Both the position numbers and the translations under genes were made by a program. A stretch of 50,042 bases of DNA, from IMG/VR virus record IMGVR_UViG_3300025133_000164, positions 1 to 50,042 of that record, one strand, 5' to 3'. Below, piece by piece: positions 1-9,549 of the stretch; position 1 is the stretch's first letter; every line of letters begins with the position of its first letter. Source of the stretch: a virus (taxonomy: Duplodnaviria > Caudoviricetes). The notes under the pieces were generated by a model that did not search any database, was not told the DNA's origin, and worked only from the letters and a program-made list of their open reading frames with translations.

Positions 1-2921
1 TCGTCCCCGACCCGACCCACACCGGCCTCTCCGATGAGGGAGCGCTGGTAGATGAGGTTGATCTTGTCTTCGTTCTTCCGGATGGCAGCAGCCATGGTCC
101 GGTAGGATTCAGCCTGAGCCTTGGCCACGTCCTCCATGATCTGAGGGAGGATCTCTTCATAGGCAGCGTTGGACCAGTTCTTGGTCTCGGCCTTGAACTT
201 CTTGACCAGACTCCAGTACGCCTTCTCCGCACCCTTCCCGGCCTTCTTCATCGGGCCGAGAGCCTTACGCATGGCGGTCTCGGCTTCCTTGGCCTCCTTC
301 ACCTTCGCTACCCAAGCGTCTCGGTGAGCCTGAAGCTGGACGTAGGGGCGTAGCTCCGCCTCACGGGTGCGAGCCTTCTTCTTCCTGTTGGCGAGCTTCT
401 TCCGCTCCTGGTGGAACTTCTTGTGCTCCGCCTGGACCTGGCGCAGATACTTCTTCGCCTCCTTCACGTCGTTCTGGAGGGCCTTCCGTTCAGCCCGCAG
501 GTCCTTGATCTGCTGATTGGTGCCCTTGATCTTGGCGTTGATCGCAGTCCGGTTCGCACCAGCACCAGCCTTCGACTGCTGGAGCGCCTTGACGTGCTCC
601 TGGCCCTTCTTGATCGCCTGCTCCAGGGCGGGGGCGTTCGTCGCCAACTCCTGGTTGGCGGTTTGGACCGCTGAGTGGCCGGCCTTCTCGCGACGGAACT
701 TGGCGCTGTTGCTGAGGTTGAGCTTCCGCTCAGCCTGGATGATCTCAGACAGCTCCTCGGTGACCCGCTCGTGGGCCTGAGCCCACTGCTTGCGGGAAGC
801 CGTCTTGGTGTCCACCCCGTGTAGCTGAGCCTGCGTCTCGTAGGTCTTCCGCAGCTGCTCGGCGTCGCGCTCGTGAGTAGCCCACTCGTCGACCTTGCCG
901 GCGTAGTCTGCGTGAGCGACTCCGGTCTCCGTAGCCTGAGCTTCGAAGTCGGTCTTCAGCTTGGTGAGGGCTTCCTCGCCGTCCTCGATCGCCTTCTTCG
1001 TCCTCGGAGCCCGGGACATCATCTGGTCGACGTAGGGTCCGACCTCACCACCACCGACCTTGTACGACGGATCTGCTTCTCCGACCAACTCCGCACGGCG
1101 GTACTGGAGGGTCTCGTCGACAGCCTCGGACATGACGGCGATCGTCTCGTCCTGCCACAGCCGATGGGCGATGTCGTCCCGACGCTGAAGCTGACGGCTG
1201 ACCTCGGTAGCGGAGGATGCACGGACCTTCTCGGCCGTGACGATGGTGTCGAGCTTGGCGGCGTCTGCCATGCGCCAGCCTCGGAGGACCTTCGCCCCCT
1301 TCTGGGCAGCAGCACCAGGACCAGCCACGCCCAGCGAAACCGGGTCGGGCTCGATGAGGATGAGCCCCACAGCCCAGCCCGTCATGTAGTTGGCAGCCTG
1401 CTCCTGCATCCAGGTGTCGTTCTTGATCGCGTCCGGCAGGACTTCGGACTCCCGCACCCTCCGACGAGCAAGCTCCTGGAGGTAGGGGAGCGCATCGATG
1501 ATCTCGCCACCCGACATGATGTAGGCGACGTAGTCCTCGTTGACGAAGTCCCCCGCCATCGTGGACATCACGTTGTCCAGCTCGGGGTTCAGCACAGCCT
1601 GTCGAGCAGCGGCACCGATAGCCGTCGATCCAGCCAACCGCCCGAAGGAGTGGAGGAAGGACTCGCTCCGAAGCTCCCGCCCAGTGACGGCGAACTCCGA
1701 CGCGGAGTCCCCATGGATGCGCTTCGCCTCGTAGGTGTTCGCCGGAGCCGAGATGGCACGAGCAGTGACCATCGGCGCACTCGTCCGGATCGCCTCGGGC
1801 AGGGATTCGAAGCCCGGCATCCGACCGATGATGTCGATGTCGGCTTCGCCTTCCAGCACCTTCGTCGGGCTGGGGCTACCGCCCTTACCCACGACGGGGA
1901 TCCCACGCATGGTGCCCTGGACCTTCTCAGCCCACTGCGAGCGGTAGGCTTCAGCAGCCTGGGTGACGTCCGTCCACTCGCGAGCCTGGTTGACTGCCTG
2001 CCTGGAACCCGCTGCGTCTTCCAACGCCTGCGCTTCCTCGTCCCGCCCCTTCTTGCGGAGGGCGTCAGCCTTGGCGATGGCATCGATCATCGCGTCATGG
2101 GGGCGGAGCGTCTCGTACTGAGGCAGGCTCATCCCCGCTTCACGCAGCGCCTTGTGGAGCGAGAGCTTCTGCATCTCGTTCTTCATCTTGTTGACGTCGA
2201 GGATGACGCCCTTGCCGGGGACGTAGATCAACGACGTCGCCGCCTTGTCGAACGCCGTTCGGTAGTCCTCGCCGGCTTCGTAGCGCTCACGCTGACCGAC
2301 AGCAGCAGCGCGCAGCTGCTCGCCCTTGGAGACAGCACCCTCCCCACGAGCTTCGCGCTCACGAGCAGCTTCCAGTTCCGCTACGGGATCGCCCTTGTCG
2401 GTGGTGGGCTGGAGTCCCTGACTGCGTTCCAGCATGGACATCTGACGGCTCTTGTCGCGAGCCATCTCGATGGCCTTCGCCCGAGCGGCGGGGCTCAGCT
2501 TGTCGACATCCTCCGGTCCACGGAACGGGACAGGCTTCGCCTCCGTAGGCTGCATGTCCGACTCGGCAGCCAAGGTCCGACGCAGCAGATCGTTTCGGGA
2601 CTTCGTCAGCGAAAGATCGAGAGGCTCCGGCGATCGGGCGGGCGGACCTTCGATATGCCGATCCACTCCCCGGCCCGACTTGGCCCGGATACCCGACGAC
2701 GGCAAGTCGCCGCCAGGAGCCGACTGCGGCGCGCGGTTGGCATCGTGCGGGCCGATGACGACCCCCTCCGGGCCGAGGCCGTAAGCCGGATCACCGGGCT
2801 GGCGTCCGGCTCGAACCTGCTCGGCGACGTGCTGAGATTCCGGCGTAGGTGCAGGATTCTCTGCGGCCTTCTGTTCCCGGAGGTACGAGCGCAGGCTGCT
2901 GTAGTCGAACTTCTGTCCCAT
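1..2921 (-). CDS. Large internal virion / DNA-ejection protein, partial (>970 aa, runs off the window edge)
   Basis: Not in the ORF track because its stop lies outside the window. ATG at 2921 overlaps the upstream stop (TGATG). Manual translation (MGQKFDYSSLRSYLREQK...) stays open to the window edge and is A/E/K-rich and helical. Position after the tail genes fits podovirus ejection proteins; function is inferred. Confidence 0.75.
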   Translation of the reverse strand, partial: MGQKFDYSSLRSYLREQKAAENPAPTPESQHVAEQVRAGRQPGDPAYGLGPEGVVIGPHDANRAPQSAPGGDLPSSGIRAKSGRGVDRHIEGPPARSPEPLDLSLTKSRNDLLRRTLAAESDMQPTEAKPVPFRGPEDVDKLSPAARAKAIEMARDKSRQMSMLERSQGLQPTTDKGDPVAELEAAREREARGEGAVSKGEQLRAAAVGQRERYEAGEDYRTAFDKAATSLIYVPGKGVILDVNKMKNEMQKLSLHKALREAGMSLPQYETLRPHDAMIDAIAKADALRKKGRDEEAQALEDAAGSRQAVNQAREWTDVTQAAEAYRSQWAEKVQGTMRGIPVVGKGGSPSPTKVLEGEADIDIIGRMPGFESLPEAIRTSAPMVTARAISAPANTYEAKRIHGDSASEFAVTGRELRSESFLHSFGRLAGSTAIGAAARQAVLNPELDNVMSTMAGDFVNEDYVAYIMSGGEIIDALPYLQELARRRVRESEVLPDAIKNDTWMQEQAANYMTGWAVGLILIEPDPVSLGVAGPGAAAQKGAKVLRGWRMADAAKLDTIVTAEKVRASSATEVSRQLQRRDDIAHRLWQDETIAVMSEAVDETLQYRRAELVGEADPSYKVGGGEVGPYVDQMMSRAPRTKKAIEDGEEALTKLKTDFEAQATETGVAHADYAGKVDEWATHERDAEQLRKTYETQAQLHGVDTKTASRKQWAQAHERVTEELSEIIQAERKLNLSNSAKFRREKAGHSAVQTANQELATNAPALEQAIKKGQEHVKALQQSKAGAGANRTAINAKIKGTNQQIKDLRAERKALQNDVKEAKKYLRQVQAEHKKFHQERKKLANRKKKARTREAELRPYVQLQAHRDAWVAKVKEAKEAETAMRKALGPMKKAGKGAEKAYWSLVKKFKAETKNWSNAAYEEILPQIMEDVAKAQAESYRTMAAAIRKNEDKINLIYQRSLIGEAGVGRVGD

Positions 2922-4678
2922 CAGACAAGACCGCCCTGCTGCTCTTCGCCCTTGAGGAGATCACGGAGCGCACGCGCACGACGCGCAGCCTTCGTAGGTA
3001 GCACAGCGAGGCCCGTACCTTCGTCGCCCGGAAGGCGAGTCGGAGCCGGCTCGGAAGTCGGAGCCTTGGGTGCAGCACCCAGTGGACCCGAACCCGGGAG
3101 GCCGGTGCCCTCATACTTCTGAGGCTTCGCTTCCTTGCGAGCAGCCTTCTTCTCCTCGCGGGCACCCTTGCGCGTCGTCGGACCGACTTCGCCCAAGCGT
3201 TCTTCCAGGGCAGCGCGGTAGTGCTCCGGAGACTGCGTCTCCTCGGGATCCATCTGCGGGGGCTGCCCGAAGGTCGGCTCCGGAGTCGTCATCTTCGTCG
3301 AGCCCGGCACGTACTGGGGCTGCTCCATGCCTCCAGCCCCTGCCGTTGCACGGGCAGCGTCCGAAGCATCGAGCGCACCCAGCTGGTGCCTGAGGGCGTC
3401 AGCCTTTGCCTGGTTCGCGGACGGGATCGCACCGACACCACCCAAGTGGTTGGCGGCGATCGCTGCACGGTCGTTCCGCTTCAGCTGACGCTGGCGGGAC
3501 TGCTCCTCCCGCATGAACTCGCGGAAGGCGACGTCCTTGTTCTGGAGTCCGCGCTCGTCCATGAAGGTCTGGAAGGCAGGCGTCCCCTGCACCCGCTGCT
3601 TGTACTCCAGCAGGGGAGCGTTCGGCTCCCCGTCGGTCTGCTCCCAGACCTCGTAGAGCTTGGCGATGTCGTCATCGATCTTACCCGACAGCTCGGGGAG
3701 CGGACGACCAGCAGCAGCCTCCGTCAACTCCGCCATCGCCTCGTCGTGCTGCGGATCCTCCGGGTTCATCGCCTTCTGGTAGAAGTCCCACTGCGCTGCG
3801 AAGCCTTGACCAGCCTTGGCCTGGATTGCCACGCGGGTCTCGCGATGCTGGTCGCGGATCGCTTCCTGCTCGGCGATCTTGTCCTCGACCTGTGCCAGGT
3901 CGGAGAGCTTGTCGTCGATGGTGATGTAGAGAGCATCAGCAGCAGTCGGCTCACCGATGTGCTTGGAGCCTACGACCCAGCTGCCCTTCTCCTTCTCCTT
4001 CTCCTTCTCCCGCCGGGCTGCGTGCAGGCCCATGAAGCCGCCCACCTCGGGCATGGCTCCTTCACTCCGCGACATGATGGCGGCAGCCGTAGCCGGATCG
4101 GCAGCAGCGAGGATGTCTCGCATCTTGCCGACGGACTCGCCATCCTGGAGCATGGCCTGTCCCCGCCCACCAACCATCAGCTGTTCGGCGGCGTCGTAGA
4201 GCTTCCGCTGCTCCTGGTCCAGCTGGTCAGGATCGGAGACGTACGGGTTCAGTCGGCGGACCTCTTCATCCGCCACCATCTCCTGCTTCATCCCCTCCAA
4301 GGCGATGTCCAGCTCCTTCTGGGTCAGATCGGCCTGGTTGTTCATGGCCGTCTTCATCAGTTCCAGGAGCGCATCCATGGATGCACCCTTCATCGCCATT
4401 GCCTGCCGCTCGGTGGCGGCATCGTCAGCATGCAGCCCAGCCTGAATGTCGCGCAGGTTCGCGATGATCCGAGCCAGCTCTGCACGAGCTTCTGCGACTT
4501 CGGCGGGCGTCATCGCCCCCGTGTACCAGTCGTAGAACTCCGGCCCCGACACATCGGGGTCCATGCCTGCCAGCTTCTGGGCGAGCCGCTGACGACGCAG
4601 CTGCCGGTAGCCGGGAGCTTCCGACGACAGCTGAGGGTCCAGTGTTGCGCCCTCGGGCGCTCCAGTCAGGTCTGCCAC
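2921..4678 (-). CDS. Putative internal virion / ejection protein (585 aa)
   Basis: Helical, A/E/Q/M-rich ORF translationally coupled to its neighbours and located after the tail genes. Confidence 0.6.
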   Translation of the reverse strand: MADLTGAPEGATLDPQLSSEAPGYRQLRRQRLAQKLAGMDPDVSGPEFYDWYTGAMTPAEVAEARAELARIIANLRDIQAGLHADDAATERQAMAMKGASMDALLELMKTAMNNQADLTQKELDIALEGMKQEMVADEEVRRLNPYVSDPDQLDQEQRKLYDAAEQLMVGGRGQAMLQDGESVGKMRDILAAADPATAAAIMSRSEGAMPEVGGFMGLHAARREKEKEKEKGSWVVGSKHIGEPTAADALYITIDDKLSDLAQVEDKIAEQEAIRDQHRETRVAIQAKAGQGFAAQWDFYQKAMNPEDPQHDEAMAELTEAAAGRPLPELSGKIDDDIAKLYEVWEQTDGEPNAPLLEYKQRVQGTPAFQTFMDERGLQNKDVAFREFMREEQSRQRQLKRNDRAAIAANHLGGVGAIPSANQAKADALRHQLGALDASDAARATAGAGGMEQPQYVPGSTKMTTPEPTFGQPPQMDPEETQSPEHYRAALEERLGEVGPTTRKGAREEKKAARKEAKPQKYEGTGLPGSGPLGAAPKAPTSEPAPTRLPGDEGTGLAVLPTKAARRARALRDLLKGEEQQGGLV

Positions 4679-4687
4679 GATCTACTC

Positions 4688-5233
4688 CTACGCCGGAACG
4701 GCGAGCTTGCCGACCTGGGACGTGACTTCGCTGGTCGTGTCCACCACGGAAGGCACGCCCTCGCTCGTCCAGTACTGGGCGTTCTCTCGGTTCCGGTCCT
4801 GCTGGCCCGACAGGGCAGCGCGGAACTGCTGCTGCTTGTAGAGGGCCATCTGCTGGTCCCGCTGGTCGACGTCCGCACGGGACTGGGCTCCCAGCTCACC
4901 GACAGCAGCCAGCTTGTCCAGCTTGTTGTCCGTCTGCTCGCCCATTCCGTGGTGGCTCATCAGGGCCTCCCGGTTGGCTTCGGGGCCGAAGTACTGCTCC
5001 ATCGCCTGGGCACCAGCACGAGAAGCCTTCCGAGCCTGGGAGTCCTTCTCGGCTTCCGAGGAGTGGAACCCGGTATCCTTGTAGGTGTCGTAGTCCTGGA
5101 GCAGAAGCTCCTTGGCCTTGCGCGGCGCACGGATGGAGCCGGTCATGCTCCCCTGGCCGCCCTCCTTGACTTCCTTCCGATCCTTCAGGACCTTGTAGGT
5201 TCCAAGAGCAGCTGCACCCAAAAGAAGAGACAT
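4688..5233 (-). CDS. Putative small ejection (pilot-like) protein (181 aa)
   Basis: Hydrophobic Gly/Ala N-terminus (MSLLLGAAALG) followed by Q/A-rich helices. First of three increasingly large genes, as with T7 gp14-16 or P22 gp7/20/16. Confidence 0.5.
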   Translation of the reverse strand: MSLLLGAAALGTYKVLKDRKEVKEGGQGSMTGSIRAPRKAKELLLQDYDTYKDTGFHSSEAEKDSQARKASRAGAQAMEQYFGPEANREALMSHHGMGEQTDNKLDKLAAVGELGAQSRADVDQRDQQMALYKQQQFRAALSGQQDRNRENAQYWTSEGVPSVVDTTSEVTSQVGKLAVPA

Positions 5234-5240
5234 GTTGACC

Positions 5241-5915
5241 TCAGCGGAAGTAGACGTAGTTCAGGGACCGGCACCGAACACGGCAGAGCCCGCCTCCCCG
5301 CATGGCGGGGGCGACGTCCCGGGCGAAGTCGTGTGCGATCCGGAGGGAGACGTTGTGCCAGCCGGCAGCCAGGCCGGCTCGTAGGTCCGACCCGGAGTAG
5401 AGCCGATCCCGCTCACCACCGTAGCGGGTGGTGCTGAAGATAGCGGGACCCATGTGCCGACGGGTGTGTTCGATGGCTGTGCCATCCACGAAGAACTTCA
5501 GGACCCCCTGCTCCGCAGCCCCGTTCCCGTCGTTGGCGATGGCGATCGACCACGTAAACAGGGTGAACCCGGGCGAGAACGGCAGGTAGAACCGCATGCT
5601 CGCGCCGGGGATCGGCTGGAAGTAGTTGTTGTCCTCGGACCCCTGGTCGGGGTCGGCGTCGAAGCTCTGGAACAGGTCGACGGAGTAGTCGAGGTTGGCC
5701 GTAGCGCCGACCATCTTCCCCCCGGTCCACGTCCCCCGCTGGAAGTGCCGACGCAGCATGTCGACACCAGCATCGAAGTTCGTCAGTTCGACGTTTCCGT
5801 TGAAGGTCTCCAGGCTGTTGTCACCACCCAGGGGGTCGTACGTGTTCTCCGAGACCTCCAACCCCGTCGGCGTGGTGCCGTCTGCGAAGGTGGTGCTGAA
5901 CGTGATCTGGCCCAT
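5241..5915 (-). CDS. Short tail fibre/spike-like protein (224 aa)
   Basis: N-terminal F-x-DG...EVSEN virion-attachment-like motif and a beta-rich C-terminal domain (GWHNVSLRI...RSLNYVYFR). Confidence 0.55.
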   Translation of the reverse strand: MGQITFSTTFADGTTPTGLEVSENTYDPLGGDNSLETFNGNVELTNFDAGVDMLRRHFQRGTWTGGKMVGATANLDYSVDLFQSFDADPDQGSEDNNYFQPIPGASMRFYLPFSPGFTLFTWSIAIANDGNGAAEQGVLKFFVDGTAIEHTRRHMGPAIFSTTRYGGERDRLYSGSDLRAGLAAGWHNVSLRIAHDFARDVAPAMRGGGLCRVRCRSLNYVYFR

Positions 5916-5930
5916 GCTGGAAGGCTATCA
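5916..5930 (-). promoter_or_regulatory. Extended -10 element, possible leaderless promoter
   Basis: Minus strand reads TGA-TAGCCT-6 nt-ATG with no Shine-Dalgarno. The same geometry occurs at 9535-9549. Confidence 0.4.
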
Positions 5931-6008
5931 CCGGTGTGAGTGCAACAACAGACTACTAAACGTGTACCAATACTTGACCCCGCCCTCGCTGCCCGAGGCG
6001 AGAGATTG

Positions 6009-6707
6009 CTACGTCGGGTAGTCGGCGTAGAGTGGGATGCCGATGAGGTTGCCCTTCCGGATCCAGGCCCCGAGGGTGTCGGCGTCGACCGTGTTCACGT
6101 AGGAGGCGACCGCCCGGATCTCGCGGATGGCGTTGGTCGTCGTGTCCGCACGGGTGATGAGCGTCCGGATGGGGATGTCCATGTTGATGTACTGGGTCTG
6201 CGATCCCTGGCTGACGAACCGCTCCGTCCGCCCCATCGGGTGCCACGTACCACCACTGTCCTTCCACTCGATGGCGAAGGCGATGTACTGCCCGGTGTTG
6301 ACCGTAGCGTCGACCGTGTCCTGGATCCGTTCCAGGTGGACGTTCAGCAGGACCAGGATGCCCGTCAAGCCCATGCTGCCCTGGGCAAGGAGTGTCAGAT
6401 CTGACCCGAAGTCGTACTGGAGGTTGGTCGTGCCGTCGTTGATGACGGTCCAGCCGAGAGTCTGGTAGCCAGGGTAGAGGGCGACGGCGTGCAGCCGGGG
6501 CGCACCCAAGTCGTAGACGTCCTGTCCCGCACCGGAGACGGGGGTCACCCCAGGGTTGATGTGCGGATCTCCGACAGCGCCGTCCTTCAGGGCGTAGGTC
6601 GGCAGGTCGTCGATGCTGTTGCCCACGCCCGTGAAGCGCGAGTTCACGCTCGCAGCATCGAAGGCGTCCTGGTCCTCGACCGGGGTGTAGGTCACATCAA
6701 CAGGCAT
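6009..6707 (-). CDS. Short tail fibre/spike-like protein (232 aa)
   Basis: N-terminal DAFDAASVNSRF motif and beta-rich C-terminus; size and layout resemble both neighbours. Confidence 0.55.
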   Translation of the reverse strand: MPVDVTYTPVEDQDAFDAASVNSRFTGVGNSIDDLPTYALKDGAVGDPHINPGVTPVSGAGQDVYDLGAPRLHAVALYPGYQTLGWTVINDGTTNLQYDFGSDLTLLAQGSMGLTGILVLLNVHLERIQDTVDATVNTGQYIAFAIEWKDSGGTWHPMGRTERFVSQGSQTQYINMDIPIRTLITRADTTTNAIREIRAVASYVNTVDADTLGAWIRKGNLIGIPLYADYPT

Positions 6708-6748
6708 GGATCACCATTTCCTGAAAGTTAATCATAAATATTGATATA

Positions 6749-7405
6749 CTACCGGAACAGCTGGATGCAGATCAGCTCTCGGCTGTCGACCCCGATGGCC
6801 GCGCTCGTGTGCCAGCTGCCGTCGAGGATCCTCCCCAGAAGGCTGACGGAGTACTTGCCCTCCGGGAGGGGGAGCAGCAGCTGGCTCGCCATGGGCATCC
6901 GACGACGAGTCGGTGCGTAGGTAGAGTCGGAGGTTCCGGTGGTGACGGCGAGCCCACCGCGCGTGGTCAGTTCGTTGTCTCCCTCCACCCCACCCAGGAT
7001 CGTCTCCGGGATGGCCTGGCTCTCGACACTCAGGGCGTAGAGCGTGCCAGGACCGTCGATGGCGTGCTGCCACGAAGCGTGCACCATGAGGATGCAGCCT
7101 GGGGAGATGATGTCCGTAGTCGTGGTGGCGATGATCTCCCAGCTGTTCGTCCTCGGGATCCCGAAGCGCCCACCGGGACTGGAGAAGCCAGCCGGGTCTG
7201 ATGCGAACCCCACCTCAGACTTCGCCAGACGCATGACTGCGCCCCCATCGACACGGGCGATGTCGGTGAGGAAGTTCTGCTTCAGGTTCTGCTCGTTGGT
7301 CGCTCCACCGACCTCGTCGGCGAACTCCTGGACGTTCTCGTTGAAGTCCTCGGTCGACACCACCTGGAGGTTGGAGATCGGCCAGGGCGGGTACTTGTGA
7401 GCCAC
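6749..7405 (-). CDS. Short tail fibre/spike-like protein (218 aa)
   Basis: Start reassigned to GTG at 7405, which has GGAG 5 nt upstream next to the previous stop. Contains STEDFNEN and a C-terminal GKYSVSL...RELICIQLFR. Confidence 0.55.
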   Translation of the reverse strand: MAHKYPPWPISNLQVVSTEDFNENVQEFADEVGGATNEQNLKQNFLTDIARVDGGAVMRLAKSEVGFASDPAGFSSPGGRFGIPRTNSWEIIATTTTDIISPGCILMVHASWQHAIDGPGTLYALSVESQAIPETILGGVEGDNELTTRGGLAVTTGTSDSTYAPTRRRMPMASQLLLPLPEGKYSVSLLGRILDGSWHTSAAIGVDSRELICIQLFR

Positions 7406-7413
7406 AGGCCCTC

Positions 7414-9534
7414 CTACGGTGGGGTGCTTGCGCCGCCCTTGTTGTGGGGGATCTCGGTGAAGGAGAGTCCGATGAACTCCCAGTCGGTGGTCTGGCTGAG
7501 CCGCAGCTTGAAGACCTCGCAGTCGGGGATGTGGACCCAGACCCTGCGCCAGTAGGGACGACGCTTCGCCCACGTCGTGTCCGCAGCCCCAAGCTCTGCC
7601 GTACCCCAGAAGTCCGGGGTGTCGTCGGCGGGGTACATCAGCGGAGCCTGCTCGGTCGAGTTGGCGTCGACCGTGTACAGCACCGTGTTCCGCCAGTCGC
7701 GCATCACCTCGACGGTGAGGCTGGCGTTCTGAGTCTCCCGAAGCCAGAGCCAGACGGTCGTAGGGCTGCCTCGACGCTGACTGTCAGGAGTCCGAATCCA
7801 GCCCGTCTCCACCATCGAGGTGCGGGCACCCGGGGTGTAGTCGTGCTGCTGGTGATCGAGGACCCAGACCCCGCGAGTCGGGACGGTCTCGCTGACGGCA
7901 ACCACGTACTGGCGATGATCTCGGGTGACGCACACGGCAACGGCATCGACGTCGGTACGGCGGCGGAGGTTGTCCCCGTCGTAGACGATGCAGAGGGTGT
8001 TGGTGAGCGCCCCGTCGACGGGGACCCAGCAGCGGTACTCGCCCGACTTCGGATCGACGGCTGCACACGCCTGGAGGCGGCGAGCCTTGTTGAGCCGACG
8101 GAGCAGGTTGTCCGGATCCTCCAGCTTCGACACCGTAGGCGCGGCGTCCTTGCTCGCGGGAGCCAAGCCGTAGAAGCCGCCGCGACCCAGCCAGATGGTG
8201 ACGCCGTTCTCCATCGTCTGGATGGAACTGGGTGCCACGCAGCCCACGGTGGAACTGAGCGTCAGCCAGCGGAACCGCTGGCCGTCGTCGGACGGGACGA
8301 TGAGGAAGGTGCTGACCTCGGTGAACGCCAGAAGACCGGCAGAAGTACTATGGAGACCGGTGATCTCGTGCCCACCGGGGTCAGGACGTAGGTCGTCGCC
8401 ATCGACGAAGGTCCCCCACCGACCGGGGACGGAGGCGTAGAGCCTGCCCGGATCTGCTTCCGTGTTCGCCACCCAGCATCGCCCGAAGGCGAGGCAAGCG
8501 AGCTTGAAGCGGGGGACGGAGATGGTGTCGAGCGGTTCCTTGAACACCCAGCTGTCGGGGATGTTGTCGGGGAAGACCGTCGTGACGTTGTCGGGCAGCG
8601 TAGCGAAGTTGAACACGCCCTCAGCAGCGTAGCTGGGGAGTTCGAAGAGCTTCTGCGTGCCAGAGTGGAGTTCGTCCTGCGTACGGGCGAGCCCTCGACC
8701 GATGCAGTGAGCCGGTCCGGGTGACACGCTGGTCACCAGCACCTGCTTCGGGAGGAGATCGACCTGGGCGTTGGCCGACTCCTGGACCCAGGATACCCGG
8801 GCGGATCGCCCAGAGAGGGCCGACTGGTTGCCCCAGTAGTCCAGCCAGTAGGCGGCGTATCGGACGCCACCACGCTCCAGGATCCCCGACTCGTCGTCGC
8901 TGGCGCTGTTCCCACGGGCAGTACCCAGGCGGCCGTAGCAGAAGTCGGGGTTCATCACCCCGCCGTCCATGTGGTAGCCGCTACTGTTGGACCCAGTGAG
9001 GTCCGTCAGCGTCTGGGGACCCACCGGCTGCGGAGGTGCGGGCCGCTCGTCGAAGCCGAAGGGCGCAGCGACGGTGCCATCGTAGAAGTATGCCCGCGCC
9101 TTCGGGCCTTGGGGGATGATGATCACCCCGCTGGGCGTCGCCACGAACTGGGTCGGGAATCGGGGGACCTGATCGTCCGTCAGTTCCGCTTCGACCAGCG
9201 GGTTCGCAGCCGACTCCCCAATGATGGTCTTCCACGTCGAGGCCCAGCCCTGGAACTCCTCCACCCGCACACCGGAGTGCAAGAGCAGAATGTCCCGGCT
9301 GCCGTTCTGGAGCAGGCAGTGAAACACACCGTGTACACGGCTGAAGGTGGGCGCACCCCCATTCCGCTTGTCGGGCTGGAGGGGGCAAGGACCCACGACG
9401 CTGCGGAGGGTGGCGTCCTCCGTCAGCATCATGTTCTCGATCCGAGCGCCGACCTCGTCCGGCAGGAAGAGCTTGCCGCTCTCCCCCCGGATGACGAGGG
9501 GACCACGTTCCTGCTGGACGGAGAGATCAGCCAT
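7414..9534 (-). CDS. Tail nozzle / head-closure protein (T7 gp12 or P22 gp10-like, 706 aa)
   Basis: Beta-propeller-like sequence with VGCVAPSSIQ and IWLGRGGFY motifs typical of podoviral nozzle/stabilisation proteins; lies downstream of the adaptor. Confidence 0.7.
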   Translation of the reverse strand: MADLSVQQERGPLVIRGESGKLFLPDEVGARIENMMLTEDATLRSVVGPCPLQPDKRNGGAPTFSRVHGVFHCLLQNGSRDILLLHSGVRVEEFQGWASTWKTIIGESAANPLVEAELTDDQVPRFPTQFVATPSGVIIIPQGPKARAYFYDGTVAAPFGFDERPAPPQPVGPQTLTDLTGSNSSGYHMDGGVMNPDFCYGRLGTARGNSASDDESGILERGGVRYAAYWLDYWGNQSALSGRSARVSWVQESANAQVDLLPKQVLVTSVSPGPAHCIGRGLARTQDELHSGTQKLFELPSYAAEGVFNFATLPDNVTTVFPDNIPDSWVFKEPLDTISVPRFKLACLAFGRCWVANTEADPGRLYASVPGRWGTFVDGDDLRPDPGGHEITGLHSTSAGLLAFTEVSTFLIVPSDDGQRFRWLTLSSTVGCVAPSSIQTMENGVTIWLGRGGFYGLAPASKDAAPTVSKLEDPDNLLRRLNKARRLQACAAVDPKSGEYRCWVPVDGALTNTLCIVYDGDNLRRRTDVDAVAVCVTRDHRQYVVAVSETVPTRGVWVLDHQQHDYTPGARTSMVETGWIRTPDSQRRGSPTTVWLWLRETQNASLTVEVMRDWRNTVLYTVDANSTEQAPLMYPADDTPDFWGTAELGAADTTWAKRRPYWRRVWVHIPDCEVFKLRLSQTTDWEFIGLSFTEIPHNKGGASTPP

Positions 9535-9549
9535 GCCGACAGCCTATCA
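9535..9549 (-). promoter_or_regulatory. Extended -10 element, possible leaderless promoter
   Basis: Minus strand reads TGA-TAGGCT-6 nt-ATG with no SD. Confidence 0.4.

Noticed and set aside
3986-4010. (ccttct)4 tandem repeat
   Set aside because: In-frame hexamer encoding EKEKEKEK; ordinary low complexity, not a phase-variation tract.
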